A stretch of DNA of 64,000 bases from an uncultured Bacillota bacterium (GTDB lineage: Bacteria > Bacillota > DTU025 > MWDF01): positions 32,001 through 96,000 of the forward strand of contig CAWGMK010000002.1 in assembly GCA_963823655.1 (NCBI GenBank), in the 5' to 3' direction. Of the stretch, positions 44,001 to 54,124 are shown piece after piece; within the stretch, counting starts at the first letter, position 1, and the number at the start of each line of letters is the position of its first letter. The notes beneath the pieces are model-generated. The model searched no databases, was not told the DNA's origin, and saw only the letters and a program-made list of their open reading frames with translations. The position numbers were made by a program, and so were the translations under genes.

Positions 44001-45588
44001 TAACAGTGGACGATAACGTGCTTGGCCATATTGGTGACCTTCAGTTCTTGGAACCGGGCGAGAGCTATACTTTCACATAGGAAGAAACGATCTTCGCGGA
44101 GTGTGGACAGCATTCGAACATAGGTACAGTAGTTGCTTATCCGTATTTGAACGGCGCCGGTCAGTTAACTGACGGCCCTCTGTTGATCAAAGGTCAGTAA
44201 CTGACTTCGACCTTGCATACTACTACGGAAAATGCACTGAAATCGACCTTGAGAAGTTCGTATCAGTGGATGGCGGAGATACATGGGACGACGCGGACGC
44301 AGCACCTGGACCGCACATAGCCGCCGGCTCCATCGTAGAGTTCAAGTTCGTAGTTACAAACACCGGCAACGGCACATTGACCTACATTGAAGTCATCGAC
44401 AGCGTACTCGGATATATAGGGCTCATCCCGTTCTTAGAGCCGGGCGAAAGCTTTACATTCTTCGTCGATGACTATATAGCGCTTGCAGGACAGCATACCA
44501 ACATCGGTACTGCGGTCTCTGAAAGCTGCAGCGCAATCGACACCGATCCTGGAAACTACTTCGGAGAATTCGAATGCATCGACATCGAGAAACTGATCAT
44601 GGGCGATGATGCAGACGTAGCTCCAGGATGGATCGAATGGTGCATAGGCTGCACGATTAAGCTACGAATTCATAGTCACCAACTGCGGCAACGTGCCTCT
44701 GACGAACATCATGGTCACAGACAGCGTGTTTGGCGAAATCGGTACCATACAGTTGCTGGCCCTAGGCGATCATGTGACATTCACTAAGACTGCGATATCG
44801 TTAGCAGGACCTCATTCCAACATAGCAACCGCAGTGGCTGCATGAGGGCGCCACAGACACAGACTACGCCTATCTACTTCGGCGCACTCCCCGGCATCGA
44901 CCTTGAGAAACTGGTCAATGGCGAGGATGCGGACGTGGCACCCGGGCCGGTAGTAGCAATAGGCTCAGTCGTCACATTCGAATTCAGGGTAACCAACACC
45001 GGCAACATCGGCTTGGAGAACGTAGTGGTGTATGACGACTTGTTCGGCTACATCGGCGTAATCGACGATGCTGGCGTTTGGCGAAACCGAGACGCTGACC
45101 ATCACCCGTCTCAGCAGAGGCAGGACAGCACACGAACCTTGGGTACTGCAATGTTCTGCGACTGGAAGGACAGCGACTACGGCAACTACTTCGGAGACGA
45201 GTTCATAGAGCCCGATCCGGACGAAGGCATGAGCATCAGCTGGTGGAGGAACCACAGGACCGATTGGGTCGACTACAGCACCGCTGATGTCGCAGGCGAC
45301 ATATTCGACTTCCCGACCGAGCTTGGCAAACTGGCTGCAAAGAACCTGTTCGAAATATTAGGCGGCAAGATAAAGATGACCGACGAGAACGCCACGGCCA
45401 GCTACCTATTGAAAGCAGCGATTGCGGCCTTGCTCAACGCGGCGCATCCTGAAGTGAACTTCCCGATGACAGAGGCAGAAATAATCAGCGCAGTAAACAG
45501 CGCGCTGGCCTCGCTTAACATCGGCACGATGGAAGATCTGACGGATGAGCTTAACGATCTAAACAACCTGGGCGGGAGCATTGACTAG
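41077..45588 (+). CDS. Large secreted repeat adhesin with 11 DUF11/DUF7507-like repeats, split by frameshifts and one TAG
   Basis: Signal peptide; 11 units starting (I/L/V)D(I/L)EK with DAD..PG and VTN(T/C/N)GN..L..(I/V).V.D; ORFs 41077..43356, 43304..44080, 44266..44787, 44842..45588. Confidence 0.8.
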
Positions 45589-45635
45589 GCAAAGTACTGA
45601 CCTAAGGGTCTAGTCAGCTATCGTCAAATGAAGAT

Positions 45636-45668
45636 AGATGAGGGGAGGAAGGCCCTCCTCCCCCGTCT
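45636..45668 (+). terminator. Stem-loop after the adhesin gene
   Basis: AGATGAGGGGAGGA / TCCTCCCCCGTCT. Confidence 0.55.
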
Positions 45669-45742
45669 TCCAAGAACATCCGATAGAGTCCGGGGCCAAT
45701 GACAATAGAGTGATCAATGTTAATAGATAGAGGTGATATTTA

Positions 45743-46402
45743 ATGCGCATCGTTAGGACGATGATGATTGTACTAGTACTAGCATTCGCACTTGCGACTG
45801 CCGGATGCGGAGAGCAGACCTGGTTCTTCGACTTCACTACCGCATCGGATGCGGACCTTGCCGAATGGTATATGGATGAGAATCCTGGAGCCTCAACCAT
45901 AACACCGGATCCGGTCTACTGGGATCTGACTTCCGAAGGACTGCAACTCAGCTTCTACGGGGCCGCGGCGCCGTTCGCATTCCCGGGGGATTTCACAATG
46001 ACTGTGGCCTTCTCCCTGGATGCTGACAGCAGCAACCAAGTCTACTTCGAATGCTATCCGGGCGATGAACAGGCCTGGGAACCTGACAACTACATAATGA
46101 GCGCGTTCGATTATGTAGGCCTGACAGGCGGAGAAGTATGGTATGTAGGCGACAATGATGAAGAAGTGTTGAATACAACCGGCACCATTCCAGGGCTGCT
46201 TAGATCAGGCGACAACACCTGGAAGATCGTCAAGCTGGGCGATGACTACGAGACATGGGTTAACGGCTCCAAGATATCCGATTTCTCGGCGGACAACGCC
46301 AACGGAGACTCGTACTATCCGACACTATACGCCGAACAGCTGGGCGGAACGGTATATTTCCAGAGCATTACCGTAGAGTATAAGGGCCAGCTGATAGACT
46401 AA
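45743..46402 (+). CDS. Lipoprotein, probable ConA/LamG-like beta-sandwich (copy 1)
   Basis: Lipobox ATAGC; PFAFPGDFTMTVAFSLD, IPGLLRSGDNTWKIVKLG..WVNG; paralog of 49489..50169. Confidence 0.65.
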   Translation: MRIVRTMMIVLVLAFALATAGCGEQTWFFDFTTASDADLAEWYMDENPGASTITPDPVYWDLTSEGLQLSFYGAAAPFAFPGDFTMTVAFSLDADSSNQVYFECYPGDEQAWEPDNYIMSAFDYVGLTGGEVWYVGDNDEEVLNTTGTIPGLLRSGDNTWKIVKLGDDYETWVNGSKISDFSADNANGDSYYPTLYAEQLGGTVYFQSITVEYKGQLID

Positions 46403-46728
46403 TGCGGCTGTAAAGCCGGTCGGACTCAATCGACCAATGGATGGTATGCCCTCCTGGGAGGACATATCGGAGTGAAAAGGCCCCTGCCGGATGAAATCCG
46501 GCAGGGGGCTCCAAAAAAAGCGGGGATAGGCTGAGGCCGGCTCGATGAAAACCGGGACTATGAGGGCCTGCAGCATGAAAGCCGAGTAACCGCTTTTCGA
46601 ATGTGATCTCGAAGGTTGCATGATAATGAACAGCATAACGAATTGCCGGCGGCTTCGAGAGGAAAACCGGAGACATTACGACCATTAGCGAAAAGGGCAA
46701 TCTTCGATGCCAGATTTGGGGGATAGAT

Positions 46729-48460
46729 ATGAAGAGGACTTTGATTTTAGCATTTGCGGTCTTGATGATGCTGGGCGTGCCGGCGATGACGGCCGACTAT
46801 AAGCTTTCGGGGACTTTCACGGGCGGATACAGCTACGCAAATGGCACAGGCGAGGACCAGCTAGGCCTTACCCTGGTGCTGGACTTCAATGAAGCAGGCC
46901 TTCTAAGCGCCCATGCGCCGCTCGCCCTCATCGGGGGAATAGGCATCGACGCGGGCTGGTGGGTGAAATATTCAACGATACCGCTAAACGTGATAATTAG
47001 CGACAACAGCGTGACCGGCTACAAATGGGTGCCGATAGAGACTACTTTCGGCATGCTGTCGCAGGGCACAACCTCCAACAGGTTAAGCCGTGTGTGGGGC
47101 GATCTGACACCCGGGCTCAACTATGCGGCAGAGGCGTCCATGGATGAGATAACGGGATTTTACACAATAGCGGCACAACTCGGCATCGGGCTGCCTGCGG
47201 GGCTTGCCTTGACTTCGAACTTCGGCTGGTTGCACAATGCCGATGGCTATAATATGGGCCTCTCGACCGCCTTAACAGGCGCAATACCCGTAATCGGGGG
47301 CAATTTCAAAGTGGCGGTGGGCAATTTCGCCGACCTTGATTTGGTATTGATCCCTCCGATGAATTTCTGGAATACCGATGACTTGCAGGCCTTCGCCGCA
47401 TATGTCGGAGTATTGGGGATAGAACTTGGCCCGATAACGCTTAGCGAAATCTCCTACAAGATGAGCATGCCGGGCGTTTATGACGGCCTTTTCTCCTCGA
47501 GTTCACATTTCTATACCATGGACTTGCAGGAAGTTACGTCCAATATACTGGGGATATTCGAGCCCGTGACGATAGTCTTCAAGAACGGGCTGTGGTTTGA
47601 AAGCTTCAACTCTTCGGGCGGCAACAACGCCAATCTTGATGTGGCGGCAAGGATTGGAGCTCTTACGCTGGGGCTTAACATCGACTCCAAGCTTAACTGG
47701 GTATCAGGGCTGAAACATGCGGAGTATCTAAAGCTCAGAGCCGACTATGCCGGGGGCTTTGGCAACATCGGAGGCACGCTCGGCTATAACTCCAACTGGG
47801 ACGGAGTAGGTAAGTACGAAGTAAATCCCTGCCACCTACGGATCGGACGCAGCGCACGCAACCTTGTACTATGACTCGCCTTTCGGGCTCACCATAGAGG
47901 CGTACGGAGACTATGAGCAGTTCGGCATAAATACTGCGATGGCCGGCATTTATGCGGAATATGCGAACACATTCACAGCCGTACCATACGTCATAGACCT
48001 TAGAGGCCTTATCGCCGGCAGCTTCGACTATGAATGGGAGGAGCCGGCCACTAACGGCTTCGGTGCGATCGGGATGCTCAAGCTCGATGCGAAAATAGAC
48101 GCGTACTGGGATGCAGGGCTTCTGTTCATAACCAGGAACGCAAGCAGCCCGAACCTGTCATTTGAGCCGATAGCGAGCATATACGCAAAATACAGGCCCA
48201 CTGGCATGGTTACGGTCAACGGGACCGTAAGCTATCGCTATACGCCCGGCGAGACAACGGAGCACAACTATTATGCAAGGCTGCAGGGGGATATCAAGCT
48301 AAGCACAAATGCGACGGCCTCGGTTTATTGGGGGGCTTCAGGCCTGAAGAGCGTAAGCAGCGGGGACGCCGATTATGCAAGGCCCTGGGGGGCTTATTTC
48401 GCGGAAGTAGAGCCGATGTACTGGGATACTTTCGGCGCTGAGTTCTCGATAAAATTCTAG
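46729..48460 (+). CDS. Large outer-membrane beta-barrel/porin-like protein; frameshift near 47830
   Basis: Signal peptide, YKLSGTF start, many amphipathic strands, C-terminus FGAEFSIKF. Confidence 0.6.
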
Positions 48461-48491
48461 ACTGGAAGCAGCAATACATGGAGGAATCTAA

Positions 48492-49385
48492 ATGTTGAGT
48501 TCAAAGAGGTTTTTATGGGCTTCAATGATTACGATAGCTCTGATCGTACTATCCGGGTGTTCGTCATTGCAGCTCGAAGAGATAGTAATCGTACTTCCGG
48601 ACATGCCGGCAGGCTGCGCTCAGCAGACCCTCTTCCGTGCGGTCGGATACGACAAGAACAAGATCATAGTCTCCCTTAGGGAGGACCTGGTGTGGACCTG
48701 CTCACCGGATTCAGGGGTGAGCATTGATGCAGATCCGGCAGGGCAAAGTGCTCAGATAACTTTCACCGATCCCGGCACCTACACAGTCAGCGCGGCCAAG
48801 GGGCAGATATCGGAAGATGTCGTAGTTGAAGTGGTTTGCAGGCAACTGGCAAGAGTCGTGGTTCAACCGGCATTCCTGGATCTGAAACAGGGCGAGGCCC
48901 AGTGGCTAACGGTCATCGGATACGACCAGTACGACGACCCTATTGCCATAACCGGAGATATTACGTGGAGCGTTACAGGCGGTGTAGGAACGGTCGATCC
49001 CGTCATAGGCTCCGGCACTACCTTCACTTCGACTGACGTGGGGCAAGGGACAGTCAGGGCGGACACGGGCGGATTATTCGACTCTTCACCTGTTGAAGTC
49101 ATCCCTGCATCAGTGCTAACAACTATTTTGATTTCGCCTCAGTTCGGTACCGCTTTAGTGGGTAAGTGCACATTCCTAACAGGCACTCCGTACGATCAGT
49201 ACGGAGACGAAATGCAGCTTAGCTGCAGTCCGACCTGGAGCGTCGGCGGCGGGATAGGTACTGTATCTCCGTCCAGAGGCTGGTCGACTACCTTCTGTGC
49301 TACGACTATGGGCCTGGGCAGCGTCAGCATTACGTGCAATTCGGTAACTGAAACGCTTGAAATTAATGTGCTCGACTGTGGCTGA
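48492..49385 (+). CDS. Lipoprotein with three Ig-like (Big_2-type) repeats
   Basis: Lipobox LSGC; repeated YD(Q/K)..., TWSV.GG.GTV.P..G..TTF. Confidence 0.75.
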   Translation: MLSSKRFLWASMITIALIVLSGCSSLQLEEIVIVLPDMPAGCAQQTLFRAVGYDKNKIIVSLREDLVWTCSPDSGVSIDADPAGQSAQITFTDPGTYTVSAAKGQISEDVVVEVVCRQLARVVVQPAFLDLKQGEAQWLTVIGYDQYDDPIAITGDITWSVTGGVGTVDPVIGSGTTFTSTDVGQGTVRADTGGLFDSSPVEVIPASVLTTILISPQFGTALVGKCTFLTGTPYDQYGDEMQLSCSPTWSVGGGIGTVSPSRGWSTTFCATTMGLGSVSITCNSVTETLEINVLDCG

Positions 49386-49488
49386 GGGGACTAGATATTG
49401 GCAGTTTGCCAATAGGACGCTCAACCGGAAAGCGTAAAGCGAAACCGAAGCAGAAGGGCAGGCCGGCTTGCCTGATGGGGGGATAAGC

Positions 49489-50169
49489 ATGAAAAGCATC
49501 AGATTGTTTCTGATTTTAGCAATAGTGCTGCTTACTATGGCTGCAGCAGGTTGCGGCAAGATGTATATGTACGACTTCTCAGAGGAAGGCAGCTTCATCA
49601 AGGGCAATGATGAATGGTTCAACTATATCTTCCCCGAGGGGGTCGCCGAATTCACTCCCGATGGAGTATACCTTGACGGCAGCTGCGTATCATCGCCCTT
49701 CGAATTTTCGGGCGATATGACCTATACCGTCAAATTCCTTTTGAATGTCGATGTCGACCACACGTGCGATATCCTTATATGCCTGACCGATGCCATAGGG
49801 ATTGACCACGACAACGGGCTTCATTTCAACTTCACTGCAGTCGGAAATCCGAGCGGGGAAAACTGCAGGATCAGCGATCTTAACATGCCCCTTGCCGAGG
49901 TGAAGATCCACATGGACGAACCTGGGGCGATACCGGGCCTTGTGCGAGACGGCGAGAACATCTTCAGAATGGTAAAAAGAGGCTCTCACGTCCGCGCTAC
50001 GATAAACGGGACGTTCCTTGCGGAATTCGACTTAGAGTGGTATACGTCCCCGTGGTTCAACCCGGCGATAATGGGCGATTTGGTAGGCGTAGCTGCGCCG
50101 GGTTACGGATTTACCCTGAACCGCATCTCTGTTCTGTACAATGGTGAAGAAAAGCTACTGGATTTATAG
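49489..50169 (+). CDS. Lipoprotein, probable ConA/LamG-like (copy 2)
   Basis: Lipobox AAAGC; PFEFSGDMTYTVKFLLN, IPGLVRDGENIFRMVKRG..TING. Confidence 0.65.
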   Translation: MKSIRLFLILAIVLLTMAAAGCGKMYMYDFSEEGSFIKGNDEWFNYIFPEGVAEFTPDGVYLDGSCVSSPFEFSGDMTYTVKFLLNVDVDHTCDILICLTDAIGIDHDNGLHFNFTAVGNPSGENCRISDLNMPLAEVKIHMDEPGAIPGLVRDGENIFRMVKRGSHVRATINGTFLAEFDLEWYTSPWFNPAIMGDLVGVAAPGYGFTLNRISVLYNGEEKLLDL

Positions 50170-50196
50170 GGACAACTAGAAATATGGAAGAAGTAA

Positions 50197-50228
50197 GCAG
50201 CAGGTTGCCATCAAAGGCAGCCTGCTGC
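50197..50228 (+). terminator. Stem-loop at the end of the surface cluster
   Basis: GCAGCAGGTTGCC / GGCAGCCTGCTGC. Confidence 0.55.
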
Positions 50229-50373
50229 CGCTTTATGCATGAACCTGCTGCAGGCGAGGGTACCTGTTTCAGGTTGGACTAACGAAAATTTCCGCCGTGC
50301 AGGGAAAAGTATGCATAGATAGAATATTTCAGAAGGGACATGACTTTCCGGCCTTCCAATTGGAGGTAAAGCA

Positions 50374-50916
50374 ATGAAGTATGGGATCAAGCTCGTTGAG
50401 ATGATAGCTGAAGAGTCGCTATACATAAGAATCAGGGCCTCCATTGAGGAGCTTCCTTCGGTTGTCGGTTTGGGCTACGGCAAGATATGCGAATACCTTG
50501 CGGAAATGGGGGAGGAGCCATGCGGACTGCCGTACATCGCATACCACAATTTGGATGCGAACTGCCTTGATATGGAGATAGGATTTCCTGTTACGAAGCA
50601 GATCCCGGCAAAAGGCGAAATAAAAAGCGGGTACACCGTGTACGGGCTTTGCCTTGAGACGATGTACAAGGGCCCTTATTCCGCCCTTTTGATGACATCC
50701 GATTACTTGAACGACTGGATGGCGGAAAACGGCTATGAGCCGGTCGGGCCCCGCTACGAGTACTTCTACAACTCCTCGAGGAAGGTGCCGGCCGATGAGC
50801 TTCTTACCAGGATAATCATCCCCGTCAGGAAGAAGGAGGACTTGCCCAAAGTGCCGGAGGCTTCCGAAATCATCTCGAAGATCAAAGAGATCGAAGCGAA
50901 GAAATGCGCCCAATAA
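50374..50916 (+). CDS. GyrI-like small-molecule-binding domain protein
   Basis: PYIAYHN...DMEIGFPV...YKGPY..L..W....GYEP.G..YEYFYN. Confidence 0.85.
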   Translation: MKYGIKLVEMIAEESLYIRIRASIEELPSVVGLGYGKICEYLAEMGEEPCGLPYIAYHNLDANCLDMEIGFPVTKQIPAKGEIKSGYTVYGLCLETMYKGPYSALLMTSDYLNDWMAENGYEPVGPRYEYFYNSSRKVPADELLTRIIIPVRKKEDLPKVPEASEIISKIKEIEAKKCAQ

Positions 50917-50922
50917 TGGAGG

Positions 50923-51696
50923 CTAATTGCCGCACTCGATGCTGATGTCGGTGAAAACCCTGAGTATGTCATCGATAGCGAGCCCCTCTTTTTCTGCGCC
51001 TGCCTTCTCCAGGACGACCTGCCCGTTGTTCATCATGATGAGCCTGCTGCCGTACTCCACCGCATATCGAAGGTTATGCGTCACCATCATGGCGGTGAGC
51101 CTCTTCTGCCTCACTATCTTGTCCGTAAGCTGCATGATAGTCTCAGCGGTCTTGGGATCGAGCGCCGCCGTATGCTCGTCAAGTATAAGAAAGTCCACCG
51201 GGGTGAGCGTCGACATAACAAGGGCTGCCGCCTGCCTCTGCCCGCCGGACAAAGAACCTACTTTCTCATTCAGCTTGTTTTCCAACCCAAGCCCCAGCTC
51301 GGAAAGCTGCTCTTTGTAATAGGGAAGCCTCGACCTGTTGATGCCGTTGCCAAGGCCAAAGGGCCTTCCCTTGTTGTCGGCAAGGGACATGTTCTCCAGA
51401 AGGCTCAGGTGCGGGCAAGTGCCCATGGCGGGGTTCTGGTAGACTCTTCCCATCCTTCTGTAGCGCTGGTGCTCCTTGAGCTTTACTATGCTCTGCCCTC
51501 CGATGAGAACCTCGCCCCCGTCAATTGGTATGCTTCCGCAGATGATGTTGAGAAGTGAGGTCTTGCCGCTTCCGTTGCTCCCTACTATGGATAGGAACTC
51601 TCCGGTCGGCACCGTAAGGCTGAACCTGTCGAACAGGCACATCTCTGTTATCGTGCCTGGATTATATACTTTCGTGATATTTTTTAGCTCAAGCAC
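50923..51696 (-). CDS. ABC transporter ATP-binding protein (TrpXYZ-type)
   Basis: GSNGSGKT, LSGGQRQ, ILDEHTAALDPKT. Confidence 0.92.
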   Translation of the reverse strand: MLELKNITKVYNPGTITEMCLFDRFSLTVPTGEFLSIVGSNGSGKTSLLNIICGSIPIDGGEVLIGGQSIVKLKEHQRYRRMGRVYQNPAMGTCPHLSLLENMSLADNKGRPFGLGNGINRSRLPYYKEQLSELGLGLENKLNEKVGSLSGGQRQAAALVMSTLTPVDFLILDEHTAALDPKTAETIMQLTDKIVRQKRLTAMMVTHNLRYAVEYGSRLIMMNNGQVVLEKAGAEKEGLAIDDILRVFTDISIECGN

Positions 51697-52609
51697 TTTT
51701 CTTCACCTCGCTCCTTTGACCGCTCATCTGGCCGCCTTTCTGGCGGTTTCCGATTACGAGGATTGCAAGGAAAAGAGCCGCTGTTATGAATTTGAGGAGG
51801 TTGGCAGGCAGGCCGAGGCTTATCGCCGCCTGTATGCATACCTTGTACAGGATGCTCCCTGCCATGACCGCCGTTGTGCCCTTCACGAAGCCCAGCTTCT
51901 TGAAAAGGGTCGTGCCGATGATGACTGTGGCCAGGCCGAATACTACCTGCCCGGTTCCCATGGTGCTCGAGAAGGACCTCTGCTCCTGGCAGACTATTGC
52001 GCCAGCTAGTGCCACAAGCGCATTGGATATTACGAGGCCCGTGATTTTCACCGCCCCCTTGTCCTTGGCCAGTGTGGTCACAAGCACGCTGTTGTCGCCA
52101 ACGGCCCTTAGCAGTAGGCCGCTCTTGGTCTTGAAATAGGCGTCCAGAAGAAGCTTGAACAGGAGTGCCAGGATCGACGAGATGATGAGCTTCCTGTAGA
52201 TGAGAGGCAGGCTGCCTAGTATCGCCATCGTGGGCGCTGCCGTGAATATCGTATCCACTTCGCGGCCGATTATCAGGTTCGAGCCTGCGATCTGGAGGTT
52301 TATGGAGAACAGGGCGGTCATCGTTATTATGCCTGCTAGCAAGTCGCGCACATTAAGCTTTACGTGTATCAGCCCGGTAATGAGACCTGCCAGGGCGCCG
52401 ACAGCAAGGACTATGGGTATGGCAAGGTAAGCATTGACGCCTCTGGTCAGCAGCACTGCCGTAACTGCCGCGCCCAGAGGGAAGCTGCCGTCGACCGTAA
52501 GGTCCGGGAAGTCTAGTATCCTGTAGGTTATGTAGACCCCGTAAGACAGCAGCGCGTATATCAGTCCCTGTGTCAGGGTGCCGACCGCAAGGTCGAATAG
52601 ACTGCCCAT
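51689..52609 (-). CDS. ABC transporter permease (TrpXYZ-type)
   Basis: GVYITYRILDFPDLTVDGSFPLGAAV. Confidence 0.9.
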   Translation of the reverse strand: MGSLFDLAVGTLTQGLIYALLSYGVYITYRILDFPDLTVDGSFPLGAAVTAVLLTRGVNAYLAIPIVLAVGALAGLITGLIHVKLNVRDLLAGIITMTALFSINLQIAGSNLIIGREVDTIFTAAPTMAILGSLPLIYRKLIISSILALLFKLLLDAYFKTKSGLLLRAVGDNSVLVTTLAKDKGAVKITGLVISNALVALAGAIVCQEQRSFSSTMGTGQVVFGLATVIIGTTLFKKLGFVKGTTAVMAGSILYKVCIQAAISLGLPANLLKFITAALFLAILVIGNRQKGGQMSGQRSEVKKSA

Positions 52610-52697
52610 TCAAATCGCTTCCTTCAAGACTTCAATTTGATATCGGGCGAGGCGGCGGATTTCCTGCCTCGCCCTTTCGATTCCAAATACTGCCGTT

Positions 52698-53654
52698 CTA
52701 TATGCCCGCCTCGATCGCCTTGGCAGCGATTTCGGACGGAAGGTTGATGCCCATTTCTAAAAGGGCTGCCGAGTTAATATAGATGCCATACTCGCTTATC
52801 GTCTCATACGGCATTTCGGAGGCCTTTGCCTCCTTTTTCAGGATCTTCGCCGCCATCGCACCGGTCTGCTTGCCAAGCTCATAGTAATCTATCCCAGCTG
52901 CCGCTACGCAGCCCAACTTCACCTGTTCCACTTCGCTCCCGTATACCGGGATGCCCGCTTCGCGCGTCTTCTCAAGCACCGATGAAAGCACGCCTACGAC
53001 ATTGTTGTCGGTAAGGTTCGACAGGCAATCCACTCCCCTTGATATAAGGGTGTCCGCTGCAAGGGTTACTTCCGACTGCTGGGTGACTCCGATTGCCTCG
53101 ATCGTAAATCCATAGCTTGCCGCCTTTTGCTGGTATTCGGCGATCGCGGACACGGAATTGGGCTCGCTGGTTGTGTAAATGATGCCGATGGTAACGCACA
53201 AGGGCTGCAGCTGGCGGATTAGGTCCATCTGGGCATCCACAGGCAGCTTGTCGCTAGTGCCGGTGACGTTTCCGCTGTCAAGCTTCGCCTGCACGGGGTC
53301 GGTAATTGCCGTGAAGACCACAGGTATGTCCTTGTCCTCGGCGGCGGCATAGCAGGCTGTGGCCGAAGGAGTAGCGATTGCGCACATCAGCGCCACATTG
53401 TTGCTGGAGAAGTTCTGGGCAATCTGGGTCGCTATGGCATCGTCGAAACCTGCATTCTGATAGTCCAGGGCGAAGTCCTTGCCCTCGGTGAGGCCTGCGT
53501 CTATCAGGCCCTGTACGAAGCCCTCCCTGCAGTTGTCCAGCGCGGCATGCTCCCCGTATTGCGAAATGCCGATCATCGGCAGCTTCTTGTCGCATCCCGA
53601 ACCTATGATAAGTAATAGCGTAAGCATCAATACTGCGGCGATGTTCTTCTTCAT
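52698..53654 (-). CDS. ABC substrate-binding lipoprotein, probably tryptophan
   Basis: Lipobox GSGC; QYGEHAALD..REGF, AIATPSA, FTAITDP, NVTGTSD; Trp T-box upstream. Confidence 0.88.
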   Translation of the reverse strand: MKKNIAAVLMLTLLLIIGSGCDKKLPMIGISQYGEHAALDNCREGFVQGLIDAGLTEGKDFALDYQNAGFDDAIATQIAQNFSSNNVALMCAIATPSATACYAAAEDKDIPVVFTAITDPVQAKLDSGNVTGTSDKLPVDAQMDLIRQLQPLCVTIGIIYTTSEPNSVSAIAEYQQKAASYGFTIEAIGVTQQSEVTLAADTLISRGVDCLSNLTDNNVVGVLSSVLEKTREAGIPVYGSEVEQVKLGCVAAAGIDYYELGKQTGAMAAKILKKEAKASEMPYETISEYGIYINSAALLEMGINLPSEIAAKAIEAGI

Positions 53655-53759
53655 GTCAATTCCTCCGAAAATCATATTTGCCAAAACCGTCGAATTTCGG
53701 GCCGCTTTGCCATCGCCTTGACAGTATGAACATATCTTTTCTCCTTCGCTGCTAGAAAA

Positions 53760-54035
53760 TAAAAAAACAGCCTCATCCCAAACATGGGACAAGACTGACG
53801 TCCTGCGGTACCACCCAATTTGGCTCTGTCTCCAAAGCCCTCTCATTCGCGCACACCTAATGCGCGTCCACCGGATAACGGGCTGGCCTCCCGTCGACGC
53901 CTACTCGCAGCATAAAGCCGCTTTCGGGTCGCCCTCGCAAGTCCATTCAATCAGCTTCCTAATGCGGCCCTCTCACTGTCGGCCGCTCGCTGCAATTTGC
54001 CCGCTGACATACTAATCTTGCTCATCGGTTTCGTT
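53760..54035 (-). promoter_or_regulatory. T-box riboswitch with Trp (UGG) specifier
   Basis: Minus strand AGCGAGC..GTGAGAG, GAA-TGG-A specifier (53943-53945), AGTA, CCCGTTATC, AATTGGGTGGTACCGC T-box, terminator plus U tract; TTGACA-17-TAAACT promoter upstream. Confidence 0.92.
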
Positions 54036-54124
54036 TTTTCAATTGTTTCTGAGTTTAAATGCCGGCGGGGGAATTGTCAAGGCGAAAGTCTCCCTCATCA
54101 GAATGAATGAAGCCTGTATAACAG

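Noticed and set aside
44078-44080. In-frame TAG in the adhesin as pyrrolysine or readthrough
   Set aside because: Non-catalytic position in an error-rich gene; no pyl genes in the window
44159-44206. Twin palindromes GTCAGT(T)AACTGAC inside the adhesin gene
   Set aside because: Only two short copies near a frameshift; could be a local duplication or assembly artefact; no recombinase nearby
35173-46430. Shared 11-mer TCGGACTCAAT upstream of both beta-barrel genes (35173, 46420)
   Set aside because: Different distances from the start codons; one 11-mer match among a few kb of spacer is plausible by chance
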